Origin: Candidatus Woesearchaeota archaeon
GTDB taxonomy: Archaea > Nanobdellota > Nanobdellia > SCGC-AAA011-G17 > JAGVZF01
Direction of reading: 5' to 3'
Assembly: GCA_964549185.1 (NCBI GenBank)
Contig: CAZJUI010000005.1
Coordinates: forward strand, 1 to 57,453
Length of the DNA stretch: 57,453 bases
In this document: positions 55,547 to 57,453 of the stretch, piece after piece
How the letters are laid out: each line of letters starts with the position of its first letter
How positions within the stretch are numbered: position 1 is the first letter of the stretch
Translations under genes and position numbers: made by a program
The notes under the pieces: generated by a model
Database searches by the model: none
Told to the model about the DNA's origin: nothing
Seen by the model: only the letters and a program-made list of their open reading frames with translations

Positions 55547-56031
55547 TGTATCTTTACATCTATTGCTTTTTGGTCGCATGTAACTAGAGATTTATTTCTA
55601 ACTATCATGGGGGTGATGGTAGCTAAAGTTGGGTCTCCTACTTTGTTATGATCATATGAAACTGAAAATTGTCTTGATGATGTTCTATCTAAAGATTGTC
55701 CTGCTGTTAATGACTCTGTTGTTTCGCCTTTTACTCTTATTCTAAAATCATCTATCTTAGTAGTGCCTTTATTTTCTACTGTTATTGATAATCCATAATC
55801 GGGAGATGCTTGAGATGGGGAGAGTTTATCAATTTTCTTTACTTGAAAGTTCACCTCTTGAGAACATGCTAGTTTTCCTTCTGTAAGAGCTTTTTCTTTT
55901 TCAGCCTGATTTTTTACAAAATTTCCATACCAAAACCAGATTAATATTGCAATAGCGATGGCAAAACCTATAAGAAGAACGGTAGCTATTAAAGGAGATA
56001 ATCCTTTTTCATTCACCCTCTTTTTTCTCAT
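55543..56031 (-). CDS. archaeal type IV pilin
   Basis: MRKKRVNEKG|LSPLIATVLLIGFAIAIAILIWFW. Confidence 0.85.
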   Translation of the reverse strand: MRKKRVNEKGLSPLIATVLLIGFAIAIAILIWFWYGNFVKNQAEKEKALTEGKLACSQEVNFQVKKIDKLSPSQASPDYGLSITVENKGTTKIDDFRIRVKGETTESLTAGQSLDRTSSRQFSVSYDHNKVGDPTLATITPMIVRNKSLVTCDQKAIDVKIQ

Positions 56032-56071
56032 ATTCTAGAAAAAACTATTTGTAGTATATAAAATTTACTGT

Positions 56072-56677
56072 TTATACGCATTCAGGATCTATGTTCCCAA
56101 GTGTAGGGGAATATTGTGGTAGGTTGCTTGTTATAACAATCTTTTTTGATTGGCAAGCTATATATCCAGACTCTGTTTTTATCCAAGGAATTATAGAAAT
56201 TGAGTTTAATGAGAATTGTGATAAATCTGAAAGTTCATTGCCTGGACCGATAAATGTAGGACATTGTTCTAAAATCCCAAAACTATCATCTTCAAATGGT
56301 TGTATGGAATTTACTATTATATATCTCGCATCTTGAGGTTTAATTATTAGATAATTATTTGATTCATCATATCTTATAACACACGATTGCAATTGGCTGT
56401 ATGCTTCTCTCCCAATTGTTAAATTCCATATTGTAAATGGACCTTTGTTTAGCACACTTATTCTTATGTTTTTTTCATTATTTGAATTGTCTATGCAGAT
56501 CGTATCATTAATTGTTATTTGGACGTCTCCACAATATGTTGACTCTTCTTGGCCTTTTCCAGGATCTACATTTTTTGATAAGTTAATTGCCCATATCATA
56601 ATAAACGTACCTAGGGCTATAGTAAATCCTATAATTAAAATCCAGGAAATTAATGATTCAATGCCTCTTTTTTTCAT
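56072..56677 (-). CDS. prepilin-like protein
   Basis: MKKRG|IESLISWILIIGFTIALGTFIMIW is a divergent version of the pilin N-terminus. Confidence 0.65.
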   Translation of the reverse strand: MKKRGIESLISWILIIGFTIALGTFIMIWAINLSKNVDPGKGQEESTYCGDVQITINDTICIDNSNNEKNIRISVLNKGPFTIWNLTIGREAYSQLQSCVIRYDESNNYLIIKPQDARYIIVNSIQPFEDDSFGILEQCPTFIGPGNELSDLSQFSLNSISIIPWIKTESGYIACQSKKIVITSNLPQYSPTLGNIDPECV

Positions 56678-57357
56678 TTTTGGAATATGTAGGGTGGAAA
56701 TTCTTGTGTGCCTCCACTATTATAAACTTCTGTAGTTGATTGTGTTGATGATTCTATATAAAGTTTTAGGTCTGGAGATGATGGGTTTGTCTTAAATCTA
56801 TGAAATACTGAACCAATTTTTATTAAAATTAAATCTGTTCCTGAAAGATCTGCTTCAGAATAATCACCATAGTTTTTAATTGATATTGGCACATCTGTGG
56901 TGAATCTTTTGCCTGCAACTTTTAAGGTTGCGGAGTTTATTGTTTCTGTGTTAGCTCCGAAGAGATTTATTGGCTGACATTCTTGTGGTGGGTTTGGTTG
57001 ATCACATCCTGGTTTTATAACTTCTACAGGAGATGAATCAACATAACTTTTTACAAATGCTGTACTTTCATCTGAGTAAATGTAAAATAGTTGTACCTGT
57101 GGATTTGTTAATCTTGAAAATGTTAGATAATCTGAGGTAAATGTATTTAATCTTTCTATTCTTTGTTGTTTGTCTTCATCCTTCTTTATGGAATAATCTA
57201 CAACCCTTATGGCTTCTTGTTGGTAATTTTTTGATAGATATTGAAAATCACCAAAGATTGTAGCTTCCTCTACTCGATTAAATCTTTGAGTAATGGTAAA
57301 TAAAGCTAAAGAAAAGATAATTGCAATTATTAGGAAAAACTGACCTCTTTTGTCCAT
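56674..57357 (-). CDS. prepilin-like protein, first gene of the pilus operon
   Basis: MDKRGQ|FFLIIAIIFSLALFTIT. 4-nt overlap with the next gene. Confidence 0.55.
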   Translation of the reverse strand: MDKRGQFFLIIAIIFSLALFTITQRFNRVEEATIFGDFQYLSKNYQQEAIRVVDYSIKKDEDKQQRIERLNTFTSDYLTFSRLTNPQVQLFYIYSDESTAFVKSYVDSSPVEVIKPGCDQPNPPQECQPINLFGANTETINSATLKVAGKRFTTDVPISIKNYGDYSEADLSGTDLILIKIGSVFHRFKTNPSSPDLKLYIESSTQSTTEVYNSGGTQEFPPYIFQK

Positions 57358-57377
57358 AAATATGTTGATTATTGGTA

Positions 57378-57385
57378 TTATAAAA
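57378..57385 (-). promoter_or_regulatory. TATA-like box (TTTTATAA) of the pilus operon
   Basis: AT-rich octamer 21 nt upstream of ATG 57357. Confidence 0.35.
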
Positions 57386-57453
57386 AGTTATTGGAAATGG
57401 GCTCTGGTGCAACCCTCTGATAAGCAACAAAAAATAATTTAGCTTTCTGTCTA

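Noticed and set aside
1197-56735. Track ORFs lying antisense or out of frame inside longer well-supported genes: 1197-1421, 1707-1967, 2681-2863, 6018-6263, 9738-9926, 12686-12874, 14703-14891, 15806-15991, 18257-18466, 20561-20836, 21107-21325, 21754-21990, 22465-22707, 23852-24103, 27264-27458, 31348-31548, 31858-32064, 37358-37546, 39687-40025, 41098-41355, 42726-42953, 43744-44034, 44080-44262, 47331-47585, 51874-52101, 52883-53116, 56091-56336, 56445-56735
   Set aside because: All overlap genes that have strong motif support on the other strand or in another frame. They have low-complexity Leu/Phe/Ile-rich translations, typical of shadow ORFs in AT-rich DNA, and they lack promoter or SD context.
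57390-57453. Possible start of a structured RNA gene at the window edge (gggctctggtgcaaccctctgataagc is relatively GC-rich)
   Set aside because: The fragment is too short and truncated by the window end. I could not fold it into any known RNA, such as a tRNA, an SRP RNA or an RNase P RNA.
1-57453. C/D-box or H/ACA sRNAs, rRNA genes and riboswitches in intergenic regions
   Set aside because: I scanned intergenic stretches by eye for paired RUGAUGA/CUGA boxes and found none convincingly placed. No rRNA-like sequence is present. Eye scanning is weak for this task, so a covariance-model search is needed.

Overview
This is an AT-rich archaeal chromosome segment, and I guess it comes from a DPANN-type, small-genome lineage. 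All calls come from reading the sequence and ORF track by eye and from remembered family motifs. No searches were run.

Archaeal hallmarks:
- aCPSF1/FttA beta-CASP RNase next to proteasome beta
- class I CCA-adding enzyme
- ThrRS with the archaeal N-terminal editing domain
- XPD-like helicase
- archease plus RtcB
- pilins with class III signal peptides
- a BHB intron in a tRNA
- TATA boxes about 23-27 nt upstream of most start codons, which implies largely leaderless mRNAs

Main blocks:
1. Housekeeping genes with scattered toxin-antitoxin-like genes (1-12.7 kb).
2. A complete minus-strand suf operon (Cys-rich HTH regulator, then sufC, sufB, sufD, sufS, sufU), in which sufB carries two LAGLIDADG inteins.
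3. Two large secreted surface proteins.
4. A block of unknown genes that is richer in G+C.
5. thrS.
6. A wHTH-MNT/HEPN module with three palindromic operator-like repeats.
7. A Tat-signal protein resembling a GH23 lytic transglycosylase.
8. A stretch dense in tRNA genes (Glu, intron-containing Ile-UAU, Trp) interleaved with PIN, RHH and wHTH genes.
9. A triad of GTPase, small protein and Zn-ribbon protein.
10. Archease, a P-loop ATPase and rtcB.
11. An 11.5 kb Tad/Epd-like type IV pilus locus with eight prepilin-like genes, a split platform protein and an ATPase carrying two more inteins.

Headline observation: the RNA ligase gene rtcB is broken into three frames by two tiny insertions of 35 nt and 29 nt. 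Both fold as bulge-helix-bulge (BHB) splicing motifs. Cutting them by the same rule that fits the tRNA-Ile intron in this window restores a perfectly colinear 485-aa RtcB with the motifs MPDGH-W-GYGF and GFD-INCG. BHB introns in archaeal protein genes are very rare. Here the ligase that seals BHB exons would have to splice its own mRNA. A free-standing LAGLIDADG endonuclease gene sits immediately upstream.
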